Source: Cyanobacteria bacterium P01_F01_bin.150
GTDB lineage: Bacteria > Cyanobacteriota > Cyanobacteriia > CAKZMO01
Length of the DNA stretch: 64,000 bases
NCBI GenBank assembly: GCA_039189765.1
Contig: JBCCYL010000017.1
Coordinates: 29,102 to 93,101 of the forward strand
Reading direction: 5' to 3'
The translations under genes and the position numbers were made by a program. Below, one piece after another: positions 1 through 10,065 of this stretch. Each line of letters starts with the position of its first letter. Position 1 is the stretch's first letter. The notes beneath the pieces are model-generated. The model was not told where the DNA came from. It saw only the letters and a program-made list of their open reading frames with translations, and did not search any database.

Positions 1-44
1 TATCACTACTAATACAAAATGGACGGCAACTTAGAGACTTTCCA

Positions 45-3000
45 ATGACGAACAATAAACGCATTCAATTCTTTCGAGATGGTGTAAGTCAGCGCAACAG
101 ATTACCAAGGGCGCTAAAAGAGGAGTATGTCTCTGTAAATGAGCGTTCTTGGTCGGATTTGCTTAAGTTTGTCCAAAAGTATGCTACGGGACTTAGCTTT
201 TATGATGAGTCAGATGCGCTAAAGATCGAGCAGGGACTTGACATATTTGATGATTTAAAAAATTGGGAATCTTTTGTTGCAGGTGATATCCAGCAGATGA
301 TTGCCTATATTAATAAGCCTGAAAGTTTTGCAGATGACGAGTTAGCGCTAAGGAGGCTATCTCAGCCTCATCTGGTCATATTTTTCACGTTTTTACAGTT
401 ACTGCGCTACCCTCAGGAGCAGTTTCAAGAACTTACCCAAAGACATCTTGAATTTTATTATAAGGAAATCCTAAAACTCACGGAAAAGGAAGAAGTTCCA
501 GACCGAGTACATGTGATATTTTCTTTGGCAAAAGGGGAAAAAGAATATTGCCTGCAACAAGATACGTTGCTCAATGCTGGTCAAGATAGTGAAGGATTTG
601 ATCTTAAGTATGAAACTGATGAAGAAATCATTCTGAATCAGGCTCAAGTGGCTAGTGTCAAAACGTTGTCTGTTTCACAAACCCATACTAATTTGAAAAC
701 TATCCATCAGGAGGGAGAGAGGGATGATGAGAGTTTTGAAGATGCCTTGAAATGGGCAGTTGGTAGCCCAGAACGAGGAGATCCACTGCCTAATTTTAGG
801 AATACCGTCGTAGATATTACTTATCTCAAAACACTTTATCAAGATATTAAAAATCAAAGCATAGAGCAAATAGAAACAGACAAGTATAACTACATTCTCA
901 ATAAACTTTTTTTTGCTAGTATAGATGACTTTAAATATTGCCTGGAGCTTCATATTCAAGAAGTAGACAGAGGCGATCCTAACCGACAACCGACAAAGGC
1001 CAATTGGGAGCGAGTTTATAAATTATTAGAGCGAGCCTATCACAAGAAAATTACTTTCCGTAGGCGGGATTTACTCAAACAAACTAATCTTACTTCTGGC
1101 TTTCAGAGCATGATTCAACTGGCTCTTGGTGAACCTAATCCTCGAGATTCATTGCCAGAAATACCTTATGGCTACGATTCTCTGGATGACCTATTTAATA
1201 ACCTGAATGAATCCACTCCCAATCCTGCCGTAGCACGCTATGTGGAAGAGCAGCTCTATCTGACCCCGGAAGACTTTCGGAAGATCCTTAAGATTAAAAG
1301 ACAGTTCTTTAATGATAAAAATGTTGCTGATTGGGATGAGGTTTATCGCTTAGTAGAAAAGGCACAGACAAAGAAACGGAATTTTACCTATCCTCCCATT
1401 GACCAGAAAGACACCAATAACATTTATGCTAAACCCATTGCTAATGTAGAAGAGGGGGCAGAATCTGAAATACCCAGATTTATGACGTTTCAAACCGTTG
1501 CCCAAATTCCAGGGGCTGCGTTGGGTTTTGCGATCGCCTCTCCTTTGCTCTTACTGAAAGAAGGTACACGACAAATCACCATAACGTTTATTTGTCAGGC
1601 TAACACTCTAAACCGAGAACTTCTCAATGAGGTTCTTGATAATGGCGAGGAGCCTTTTGACGTTTATTATAGTAGTGAGGAGGAATGGACCAAAATTCCA
1701 TCTCCAGTGCTGGAAATTGATGACTCTTTTGACACTATCCGATTGCGTCTGCAAGTCGAAGATATCTTACCAGCAATTAAGCCACCCAAAGTAGATGAAT
1801 CTAGTGTGGTTATTAATACCTCTTATCCAGTTATAAAAGTTATTTTAAAGAATATTGAGCAAGATGTAGAGCCAGAGGAAGATGCAATAGCCAATATTTT
1901 TTATGGCTCTCAAGAGGAAGAAATTCCAGAAAAAATTATCCATTATGATCGCTTTAAATCCATCCAGTTAGAGAAAGTAATTATTGAGGTTGATGTTCGC
2001 AATGTCCAGGCGCTACAATTGCGTAACGATAGTTCAGTGCTGAACTATAAAAGCCCTTTTCAGCCCTTTGGATATAGTCCCAAGGGCGGTTCAGGTTTTT
2101 ATTTAGCTAATCCAGAGATTTGTTGTAAGACGTTAGAGAGTTTAGCTATTAATATAGAATGGATGGGGCTTCCAGAGGATTTTGCTACCCATTATCAGGC
2201 TTACACTACCTCAGGCATTGTTCAGCAGGCGATCGCCAACGATACCTTTACCGCAAAGCTAAAACTCCTCAATAATCGCAATTGGTATGAGATTGAAGCT
2301 CCCAAGCCAATTTTTACCACAGGTGATAGTACCTTAAGCAACCCTATTCAAATCAACTACAACGATTTTTTCATCCCTGATTACAATCTGAATTTATCCG
2401 CATTAGAAGTCGAGGCTGACGATCCATTTGAGCACAACAGATATTTCAAACTAGAACTCGAGAATCCTGACTTTGAGCACGATTTCTATCCTTTGGTATT
2501 AACTAAAGTTGCTTTAGCAAGGGATGATGAGGCGATGCGTTCCCTAACGGTTTATCCTCCCTACACACCAGAAATTAAAACTATTTCTCTAGACTATACA
2601 GCTTCAGAAGAAATCAACTTGAGGGCTGAGCCAACGGAGCATCCCGGCAGTGAAGTCTTTCAAATTCACCCTTTTGGTTATGTGAGGATCTGCTGTCCTG
2701 AAATAGCAGATCTAACCGATCAACGATCTTACTTACTTCCCCAATACGATGAGGTTGGTACTTTATTCATTGGCATCCGCAATCTACAACCACTACAAAA
2801 CCTCTCATTGTTTTTCCAACTGATGCCAGGAAGTGCCAATGTTGAGTTAGTTAAACCTGATATTTCCTGGAGCTATTTAAGTCGCGATCGCTGGTTAGAT
2901 TTTTCTGACACTCAGCTACTCTCTGACACAACCAATGGGTTAGTTGATTCTGGGATTATTTGTTTTAGCATTCCTGAAGCTGCAACACCCAACAATCAGA

Positions 3001-3989
3001 TGTTTAACGATGATTTGTATTGGTTGCGTGCTGTTGTCAAGGAAAATGCTGCTGCTATTCCTGATACTTTAGATATCAAGGCTCAAGCCGTAAGTGCCAC
3101 TTTTGTTAACCAAGGTAATGCAGACGATCACCTCAGCAAACCTTTATCCGCCGATTCCATTACAGCGTTGGCAGTCCGGAACTCTGCTATCAAAACTGTG
3201 GCTCAGCCCTACACCTCCTTTCAAGGCAAAATGAAGGAGGATCGGCATTCGTTCAATACTAGAGTGAGTGAAAGACTACGACATAAGCAGCGAGCATTAA
3301 CTCCCTGGGATTATGAACGTTTAGTCTTAGAACGCTTTCCAGAAATCTATAAAGTTAAATGTATTACCTCTGCCCTTGGCTTAAACAATCCCAGTGATGC
3401 CAAGGTTACTGTTGTGGTTGTGCCAGATATTGCCAATACAGCACCTTTTTATCCCCTTGAACCCAAAGCACCTTTATATACGCTCAAGGACATTGAAGTT
3501 TATCTCAAGGCCCATACGTCACCGTTTGTCAATTTAGTGGTCAAGAATCCTCGTTATGAACGAATAAAATACAGAGTTAGTATTCGTTTTCGACCAGGCT
3601 ATGACCAAGGGTATTATCGCAACAAACTTAATGAAGATATCATACGATTTTTATCTCCTTGGGCCTATGAAGGGCAAGTTGATATCACTTTTGGCAGTTC
3701 CATTCATAGTTCTTTAGTGATACATTTTATTGAAAAAAGACCCTATGTAGATTATGTTGCCAACCTGAGATTATTTGAACAAGTTGATACGGAGAATGAG
3801 CCTGAAGATAAATCAAAGATTAAGTTTCAATACAGCGAGACTAATATTGCTCAGGTGCGGCATCCAGACTCAATCTTGGTTTCTGCCACCAGCCATATGA
3901 TCGATGTCATCACAACAGACACGTATCAAGATGCTAATTTTGAAGGCATTGGCTACATGATTATTGATTTTGATTTTATTGTTACTTAG
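45..3989 (+). CDS. eCIS baseplate J/gp47-like protein (Afp11-like)
   Basis: 1314 aa; PHL..F..FL..L, HLEFYYKEIL, PDRVHV, RVSERLRHKQRALTPWDYERLVLERFP and C-terminal GIGYM motifs typical of Afp11-type baseplates. Confidence 0.9.
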   Translation: MTNNKRIQFFRDGVSQRNRLPRALKEEYVSVNERSWSDLLKFVQKYATGLSFYDESDALKIEQGLDIFDDLKNWESFVAGDIQQMIAYINKPESFADDELALRRLSQPHLVIFFTFLQLLRYPQEQFQELTQRHLEFYYKEILKLTEKEEVPDRVHVIFSLAKGEKEYCLQQDTLLNAGQDSEGFDLKYETDEEIILNQAQVASVKTLSVSQTHTNLKTIHQEGERDDESFEDALKWAVGSPERGDPLPNFRNTVVDITYLKTLYQDIKNQSIEQIETDKYNYILNKLFFASIDDFKYCLELHIQEVDRGDPNRQPTKANWERVYKLLERAYHKKITFRRRDLLKQTNLTSGFQSMIQLALGEPNPRDSLPEIPYGYDSLDDLFNNLNESTPNPAVARYVEEQLYLTPEDFRKILKIKRQFFNDKNVADWDEVYRLVEKAQTKKRNFTYPPIDQKDTNNIYAKPIANVEEGAESEIPRFMTFQTVAQIPGAALGFAIASPLLLLKEGTRQITITFICQANTLNRELLNEVLDNGEEPFDVYYSSEEEWTKIPSPVLEIDDSFDTIRLRLQVEDILPAIKPPKVDESSVVINTSYPVIKVILKNIEQDVEPEEDAIANIFYGSQEEEIPEKIIHYDRFKSIQLEKVIIEVDVRNVQALQLRNDSSVLNYKSPFQPFGYSPKGGSGFYLANPEICCKTLESLAINIEWMGLPEDFATHYQAYTTSGIVQQAIANDTFTAKLKLLNNRNWYEIEAPKPIFTTGDSTLSNPIQINYNDFFIPDYNLNLSALEVEADDPFEHNRYFKLELENPDFEHDFYPLVLTKVALARDDEAMRSLTVYPPYTPEIKTISLDYTASEEINLRAEPTEHPGSEVFQIHPFGYVRICCPEIADLTDQRSYLLPQYDEVGTLFIGIRNLQPLQNLSLFFQLMPGSANVELVKPDISWSYLSRDRWLDFSDTQLLSDTTNGLVDSGIICFSIPEAATPNNQMFNDDLYWLRAVVKENAAAIPDTLDIKAQAVSATFVNQGNADDHLSKPLSADSITALAVRNSAIKTVAQPYTSFQGKMKEDRHSFNTRVSERLRHKQRALTPWDYERLVLERFPEIYKVKCITSALGLNNPSDAKVTVVVVPDIANTAPFYPLEPKAPLYTLKDIEVYLKAHTSPFVNLVVKNPRYERIKYRVSIRFRPGYDQGYYRNKLNEDIIRFLSPWAYEGQVDITFGSSIHSSLVIHFIEKRPYVDYVANLRLFEQVDTENEPEDKSKIKFQYSETNIAQVRHPDSILVSATSHMIDVITTDTYQDANFEGIGYMIIDFDFIVT

Positions 3990-4021
3990 ATTTGACTGTT
4001 ACTTAGCCAAGGAGAAACATC

Positions 4022-4843
4022 ATGACACTAAGAAGTAGAAGCGAACTAGAAAACTTGTTCAAAACTGGTGCCAAACCTTCTGGAGAAGACTTTAGAGATT
4101 TTATTGAATCAACCCTAAATCTCAATGACGATCAAGCGATGTTAAGTGGTGGCAATGGCGGCAGCCCCAGCCCTGCACCTGCACCTGTACCCACACCCGC
4201 ACCTGGTCAACAAGGACCACTGACAGTTACCCAGCTACAGCTAGGGGGTGGTCCGACAATCAATAAAATTTCTACAGATATGAGTGGTAATAGCGATAAT
4301 GCTATACCAACAGAGAAAGCGGTAAGAGCTTACGTTGATAGCAAGATGCATAGCTACTCTCAGGGTAAAATCTTGTCCAAAAATGGAACTTATACACTAA
4401 TACTTCAGGAAGGTGATGGGCCTTCTAAAGGAAACTTGGTGGTATATAGAGGTGAGCCACAAGATGGTAATCCGATATGGGCTAGTTGGCAAACTAAAAA
4501 AGCTTCAGGCACATGGGAAGGAGGAAAGCCTTCTGACATCAAACTTAAAGAAGATATCGTTCCCTTGGATAATGCTCTATCAAAGTTATTAAGCTTGCGA
4601 GGAGTGTCTTTTTATTGGCAGGATAAAGAGATGGGAGAAGACCGAGAAATTGGCGTGATTGCCCAAGAAGTAGAGAAAGTTTTTCCGGAGTTAGTAAATA
4701 CTCCAGTGGGTGGTTCTAAGCTAGTCCAATACGAAAACTTCGTTCCTATTTTAATTGAGGCAATTAAGGAGCAACAGCAAACTATTTCCCAGCTACAGCA
4801 AGAGGTAGAAAAGATTAAGGCAGAAGGGGTTAGGGCTAATTGA
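4022..4843 (+). CDS. eCIS tail fibre (Afp13-like) with C-terminal peptidase S74 intramolecular chaperone
   Basis: N-terminal FKTGAKPSGEDFRDFIES baseplate-attachment-type motif; SDIKLKEDI...IGVIAQEVEKVFPELV S74 motif; located between baseplate genes. Confidence 0.8.
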   Translation: MTLRSRSELENLFKTGAKPSGEDFRDFIESTLNLNDDQAMLSGGNGGSPSPAPAPVPTPAPGQQGPLTVTQLQLGGGPTINKISTDMSGNSDNAIPTEKAVRAYVDSKMHSYSQGKILSKNGTYTLILQEGDGPSKGNLVVYRGEPQDGNPIWASWQTKKASGTWEGGKPSDIKLKEDIVPLDNALSKLLSLRGVSFYWQDKEMGEDREIGVIAQEVEKVFPELVNTPVGGSKLVQYENFVPILIEAIKEQQQTISQLQQEVEKIKAEGVRAN

Positions 4844-4877
4844 CAAACGAGATCGTTATCTGCTCAAAGTGCCTATT

Positions 4878-5111
4878 ATGAGAAGACAAATTGAAGAACG
4901 TCTGCAACAACTCAAAGTCGAATTTGAGTCTGGGCAGAAGCTGCTGCTGGATTTAGAGGAGAGACAAACAGAAGTAAAAAATACCTTGTTACGCATTCAA
5001 GGTGCCATTCAAGTGTTGGAGGAGGAGTTGGTGAAGGCTGACGAAGCGTCGTCAGTGGAGACAGCAACAGAGGGAGGTTTAGCAGAAAGTGATACTTCAT
5101 CAGCAGAATAG
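4878..5111 (+). CDS. small coiled-coil protein in eCIS operon
   Basis: Heptad-rich LEERQTEVKNTLLRIQGAIQVLEEEL; co-oriented; ATG 4878 (GTG 4869 alternative). Confidence 0.65.
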   Translation: MRRQIEERLQQLKVEFESGQKLLLDLEERQTEVKNTLLRIQGAIQVLEEELVKADEASSVETATEGGLAESDTSSAE

Positions 5112-5252
5112 CTCTCAGTGCGTTACGCGCTTCGCTGACAACACCACTAAGCAAAGCGAGTCTTTGTCACTTGTGAGCACCTGCCACTCACATCAAATAT
5201 TAAATCCATCAATAAAGTTTTACCTACCACCTGAAACCTACTCCTAAAGATA

Positions 5253-8200
5253 ATGACTGCTCCTAGTTTTTTACAAGAATCCATAACCTTTGATGGCGAA
5301 GATGACTATATAGAATTACCAGAGATGGAATTCGATTTCTCTAGCGGCATGACGATGGAAGCTTGGGCTTACTATGAGAGTTTGCCAACGGAGGCAATAA
5401 TTATCAATTTGGACAATCCCATTCGTACTTCTACTGAAAATATCAGCTTTGGATCAAGTGCGGCCCACGGCATAGGCATAACCACTCAAGGCAGTGGATT
5501 TGCTACCTTACAAAAGATTGAAGAGTTAGAAAAGTGGATTCATATTGTAGTAACAATATCGCCTTCTAGAAGCAGCATAGTTTATCAGAATGGTAGCCAA
5601 ATTGTTCAACGTTTTGTCGATTTGCCGATCAATCTCAAACGCACCCTCAATTGCATTGGTAGACACAGCAAGTTTGACGAAGACTTTTTCCACGGTCGTT
5701 TGGGTGAAATCAGAATCTGGAATATTGCTCGCTCAGAAGCTGAAATCATCGAAAATATGAACCGTCGCTTGACTGGCAACGAGCCAGGACTAGTGGGCTA
5801 CTGGCCCTTAAATGAGCGTTATGGCACTGTCGCTTATGACAAAAGTTCCAATAATTATCACGGCACCATCCACGGACAGGGTGAACGGGAGCGAGTTACA
5901 AGAGAACCCCTGGAATTGCCTGCAAACAGCCTGGATTTGGCAGCTAAAAAGGTTGAACTCAATCGCCAATTCTCTACCTCTACCCCACAATATCAGACCA
6001 TTCCCAATGATCCTCCAGAGTATCCAGGAATGAACTTTGCCCTGTTGCGTGAAGAAGGAATTAAGCACATAGAAAAGCTAGCGGGTCAAGTCTGGACGGA
6101 TTACAATACCCATGACCCAGGCATCACCATCCTCGAAGCCCTTTGCTATGGCATCACCGACTTAAGCTATCGCCTGTCTTTTCCCATTCAGGACTTACTG
6201 GCATCCCCCCCAGCAGAGTTAGAGGAAGATAAGAAGCAGTTTTTCACAGCGCGGCAAATCCTCACCACTAATCCCCTCACCGTCAACGACTACCGCAAAC
6301 TACTGATTGATATTGATGGTGTCCAGAATGTCTGGCTAAGGAAGGTTCAAGATACCGAACCTAAAATCTATTACAATACTACCGCCAATACCTTAAACTT
6401 TGATACTACCGATTTACCGGAATACATCAAGCTTTATAGTGAGCCGATCCAATTAAATGGACTTTATCAAGTACTTATTGCGAAGGAAGAGGAAGCTGAT
6501 GAAGTTAAGCTGCAAGAGGAAGTAACATTACGGCTGCATCAGCATCGAAATCTCTGCGAAGATTTCCAGGAAATTAGCATCTTGCCGAAGGAAGAAATCA
6601 CTGTCAAAGCCGAGATTGAAATAGAAGAAGGCTTGGATCTTGTGGATCTAATGGCCCAAATTTATTTTGGCTTGGATTGCTTGATCTCTCCTAGCATTGA
6701 CTTCTTCACCTTAAGAGAACTACTGGAAAAAGGTAAAAGCACGGCAGATATATTTGCTGGCCCTCCCCTGGAACATGGCTTTATTGATGATGAGCAACTT
6801 CAGCTTTTTGAAAGAAAATGGTTAGAGGATGAAGAAGAAACTGGGGACGAGTTACACACTTCCGATATGATCCATATCATTCTAGATCTAGAGGGAGTAA
6901 AAGCCGTTAAAAGCATTTTCCTCTCTAGCAGTAAGTCCTCGGACGAGGAAGAATGGGCATTGGAACTAGACATCAACAGCACTCCTCGCCTGAAAGATGT
7001 TGAAGGGGCAATTGAAGACATCAGCTTTTTCAAAGGATCAATCCCCTGTCAATTAGATCAGGAGGAAAAGGTAGAAGTAGCCCAGAAAGTGCAAACTTTA
7101 CACCAAGAATATCAAAGGCCCTACAGTAAAATCGTGCCCAAAGACCTGCCTATTCCAGCAGGACAAGATCGTGAGTTATCTGAGTATGAATCCATCCAAA
7201 ATGACTTTCCTCCCAACTATGGTATTGGAGAATTTGGGTTACCTCGCTCGGCTTCTGCCAAGAGGAAAGCACAGGCAAAGCAGTTGCAGGCTTATTTGCT
7301 GTTCTACGATCAGCTACTTGCTAATAACTTTGCCCAGTTGGATCATGTTAAAGACTTATTTTCCTTCCACAAACAAGACAACAAAACCTATTTTTCCCAA
7401 GAAGTTTCTAGTTTGTCTCAAGAAGTAAGAGACCTTTTGCAGGAGTATCCCTCAGAGACAGAGGACGATCAGAAAATCGACATAGAGAGGAGAAATCGCT
7501 TCCTTAACTACTTAATCGGCCAATACTGTGAAAAATTCACCGACTATTCCTTACTGTTGTACAAATCCATCCTGGAAGAAAAACTGATTGAAGATAAGCT
7601 AGCGTTTCTCCGAGACTATCCCCGGATTAGCGCAGACCGAGGTAAAGCCTTTAATCGCATTGACTACAGTCAGATTTGGGATACGGATAACGTCTCAGGA
7701 TTGAAACTACGCATCAGCCGTTTATTAGGTATTCCGGAAACCAGACAATCCTTAGCGAGCGGTGAGATAGAAGGCTTTCATCTTGTCGAACATATTTTAT
7801 TGCGGCCAAGAGCAACCAACGTTGCTTTAGAATCGGCTGAAGGATTAACCTTTGCCCAGCCAATGCAATTTACTCAATCCACTGTAGGCGTTGAGCAAGT
7901 CACCTGTTTGACTCAGGTGTCTGGACTTGTAGAAGGCGATGAAGTCAAAATATTCGATGCGGGTGCCTATAATGGCATCTATCCAGTGACTAATGTCCAA
8001 TTAGGTGGATTTGATATAGAAGCAGCGTTTGCAGGAGAGAGAACAGGTAAATGGGCTAAAGCAGATCAATATGCTGATCCTTTTTCCTTTCAAATGAGTT
8101 TTGTCTTTCCTGCTTGGTTACCTCGCTTTCAAGAAGAAACGTTTCAGCAATTAATCCAAGAGACCTTAATCAATGAAACTCCGGCGCATATTACCATTTA

Positions 8201-8432
8201 TCTTCATTGGTTTGATCAAGAAGAGATGGCAACATTTGAGCTTGCATACGAGCAATGGTTAGAGGTAATAACAGATGAAGCTGCATCAGACACTGAAGTT
8301 CAGATTAAAACCAATAACCTAATCAGATTGTTGAAAATTGCTTATCCGGAATTGGTATTAGACCAAATTCCTAAAGGTATTGGCTATATGGTTATCGAAG
8401 GAACTCCAAGAGAAATTTTTCATGTTATTTGA
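5253..8432 (+). CDS. eCIS baseplate protein (Afp12-like) with N-terminal LamG-like domain
   Basis: aa1-210 FDGEDDYI...EIRIWN...GLVGYWPL (LamG/ConA-like); then WTDYNTHDPGITILE, PLTVNDYRKLLID, HRNLCEDF, EGFHLVEHILLRP, ETPAHI. Confidence 0.88.
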   Translation: MTAPSFLQESITFDGEDDYIELPEMEFDFSSGMTMEAWAYYESLPTEAIIINLDNPIRTSTENISFGSSAAHGIGITTQGSGFATLQKIEELEKWIHIVVTISPSRSSIVYQNGSQIVQRFVDLPINLKRTLNCIGRHSKFDEDFFHGRLGEIRIWNIARSEAEIIENMNRRLTGNEPGLVGYWPLNERYGTVAYDKSSNNYHGTIHGQGERERVTREPLELPANSLDLAAKKVELNRQFSTSTPQYQTIPNDPPEYPGMNFALLREEGIKHIEKLAGQVWTDYNTHDPGITILEALCYGITDLSYRLSFPIQDLLASPPAELEEDKKQFFTARQILTTNPLTVNDYRKLLIDIDGVQNVWLRKVQDTEPKIYYNTTANTLNFDTTDLPEYIKLYSEPIQLNGLYQVLIAKEEEADEVKLQEEVTLRLHQHRNLCEDFQEISILPKEEITVKAEIEIEEGLDLVDLMAQIYFGLDCLISPSIDFFTLRELLEKGKSTADIFAGPPLEHGFIDDEQLQLFERKWLEDEEETGDELHTSDMIHIILDLEGVKAVKSIFLSSSKSSDEEEWALELDINSTPRLKDVEGAIEDISFFKGSIPCQLDQEEKVEVAQKVQTLHQEYQRPYSKIVPKDLPIPAGQDRELSEYESIQNDFPPNYGIGEFGLPRSASAKRKAQAKQLQAYLLFYDQLLANNFAQLDHVKDLFSFHKQDNKTYFSQEVSSLSQEVRDLLQEYPSETEDDQKIDIERRNRFLNYLIGQYCEKFTDYSLLLYKSILEEKLIEDKLAFLRDYPRISADRGKAFNRIDYSQIWDTDNVSGLKLRISRLLGIPETRQSLASGEIEGFHLVEHILLRPRATNVALESAEGLTFAQPMQFTQSTVGVEQVTCLTQVSGLVEGDEVKIFDAGAYNGIYPVTNVQLGGFDIEAAFAGERTGKWAKADQYADPFSFQMSFVFPAWLPRFQEETFQQLIQETLINETPAHITIYLHWFDQEEMATFELAYEQWLEVITDEAASDTEVQIKTNNLIRLLKIAYPELVLDQIPKGIGYMVIEGTPREIFHVI

Positions 8433-8438
8433 GCTTAA

Positions 8439-10040
8439 GTGTCTAATCTATTCTATATGGCTGAACAAAGGCATATTATAAAAACGCAAATTATAGAACT
8501 CCAGCTAAATTCCCGGAAGGATGCGCTTGCGTTACAAAATGAGGTAAGCAGGATTTATCATCATAGAGTTATTCCATTATTGGAAAACTTATGCAATGAG
8601 TTGAGTGATGAGGACACTATTGTGAGAATCGATTCTCTAGAAATCGATCTAGGTGAACTCAATCTCAATAACCTTGAAGAAGGTATTGCTGCCAAAGTAG
8701 AAGAGTATATTGAACATTCCTTAGAAGATTTAGAAGAAATTGATTCCTCGAATGCTTTTCAATTAGAACAACATCAATTGACTAGAAATAGTAGATATCA
8801 TCAAGATATTGATAATGATAGTAGCCGTCTTGCTCAACAAGAAGATAGCGATCGCATCCACTCTACAAACTTGAATAAATCCAGTCAGGAGAGCGTGGAG
8901 TTAGAACTTTTAAGCTACTTCCTACAAACAGGTATGCTACCTTGGTGGGCCAAACCATTAAGCAAACAAGAGCTGATTGACTGTTGCGATCGCTTAATAA
9001 CCACTTCTCCAGGTCAAGTCAAACCTGTTCTTCAGAAAACTTTGCAAGACAAAAAGCAATTAAAACGGCTTATATATCATTTCCCTGACATAACTTTACA
9101 GAGGATAGTCCGCCTACTTGCTCCAAGCCAAGCTGCATTTATGGCTCATTACAATAGTGATCTTGTTGAAATTTTTGGACAAATTGAAGCCTTGAGGGAT
9201 AATTCTGAAAATATCTTGCGCTTTGAACGTTGGCAAGGACTACTAACAAGTCTCTTCTTTGAGAGTAGTATTAATCCAGAAAAAGCCAGAGTAATCAAGA
9301 CAACTCTATTATCAATCTCTACTAATTTAGGAATTTACTACCCTGACTTAATCGCTCAGATTTTAGAGTCAGTAGAGCATCTTGGGGAGGAAGATAGAAT
9401 TCTTACACCCGAGCTTTTAGTGACTTTAACCCAGATAGCTTCTCCTCTAAAAGGGGAGATATATGAAGAAAGATATTTGCCAACATTGTCTGAAAAATTA
9501 TTTGAATCTCAACCATCTATCGAAACTTTTAGTGACACTGATGAGATTTATATTCAAAATTCCGGCTTGGTCTTACTGTGGCCATTCTTGGCTAAATTTC
9601 TGACTAATCTAGGACTAGTTGAGCAAAGAGCGTTTATCAGTAAGAGTTCTGCCGAACGTGCAGTACTTTTACTTCAGTATTTAGTTGATGGTTTGTCAAC
9701 ACAAACAGAGCATTCCTTACCTTTAAATAAACTCCTCTGTGGAATAGAGCTATTAGATCCAGTCGATATAAATTGGATAATAACTGAATATGAGCAAGCA
9801 GAGTCTGAAAAACTTCTCTGTGCTGTAATCCAAAATTGGTCTATCTTAGGAAAAACGTCAATTGCGGGCTTAAGGAAGGCCTTTTTGCAAAGGAAAGGGC
9901 TATTGAAAATTAATGATGGTAGTTTGCAGCTACATGTAGAACGAGAGAGCTACGATGTTTTAATAGATAGAATTCCTTGGAACATAGATATTGTTAAATT
10001 ACCATGGACAAATGAAATCTTATATGTAGACTGGTCCTGA
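8439..10040 (+). CDS. contractile injection system tape measure protein (Afp14-like)
   Basis: RHII...IDSLEIDLG, YFLQTGMLPWW, YIQNSGLVLLWPFL, LPLNKLLCG, DVLIDRIPW..IVKLPW; start may be ATG 8457. Confidence 0.88.
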   Translation: MSNLFYMAEQRHIIKTQIIELQLNSRKDALALQNEVSRIYHHRVIPLLENLCNELSDEDTIVRIDSLEIDLGELNLNNLEEGIAAKVEEYIEHSLEDLEEIDSSNAFQLEQHQLTRNSRYHQDIDNDSSRLAQQEDSDRIHSTNLNKSSQESVELELLSYFLQTGMLPWWAKPLSKQELIDCCDRLITTSPGQVKPVLQKTLQDKKQLKRLIYHFPDITLQRIVRLLAPSQAAFMAHYNSDLVEIFGQIEALRDNSENILRFERWQGLLTSLFFESSINPEKARVIKTTLLSISTNLGIYYPDLIAQILESVEHLGEEDRILTPELLVTLTQIASPLKGEIYEERYLPTLSEKLFESQPSIETFSDTDEIYIQNSGLVLLWPFLAKFLTNLGLVEQRAFISKSSAERAVLLLQYLVDGLSTQTEHSLPLNKLLCGIELLDPVDINWIITEYEQAESEKLLCAVIQNWSILGKTSIAGLRKAFLQRKGLLKINDGSLQLHVERESYDVLIDRIPWNIDIVKLPWTNEILYVDWS

Positions 10041-10065
10041 TCAAATTGTTGGTAGCGTTAGTCAC

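Noticed and set aside
1..10. ATCACTACT like the IS1 end at 11092-11100
   Set aside because: Nine bases at the window edge; cannot be supported
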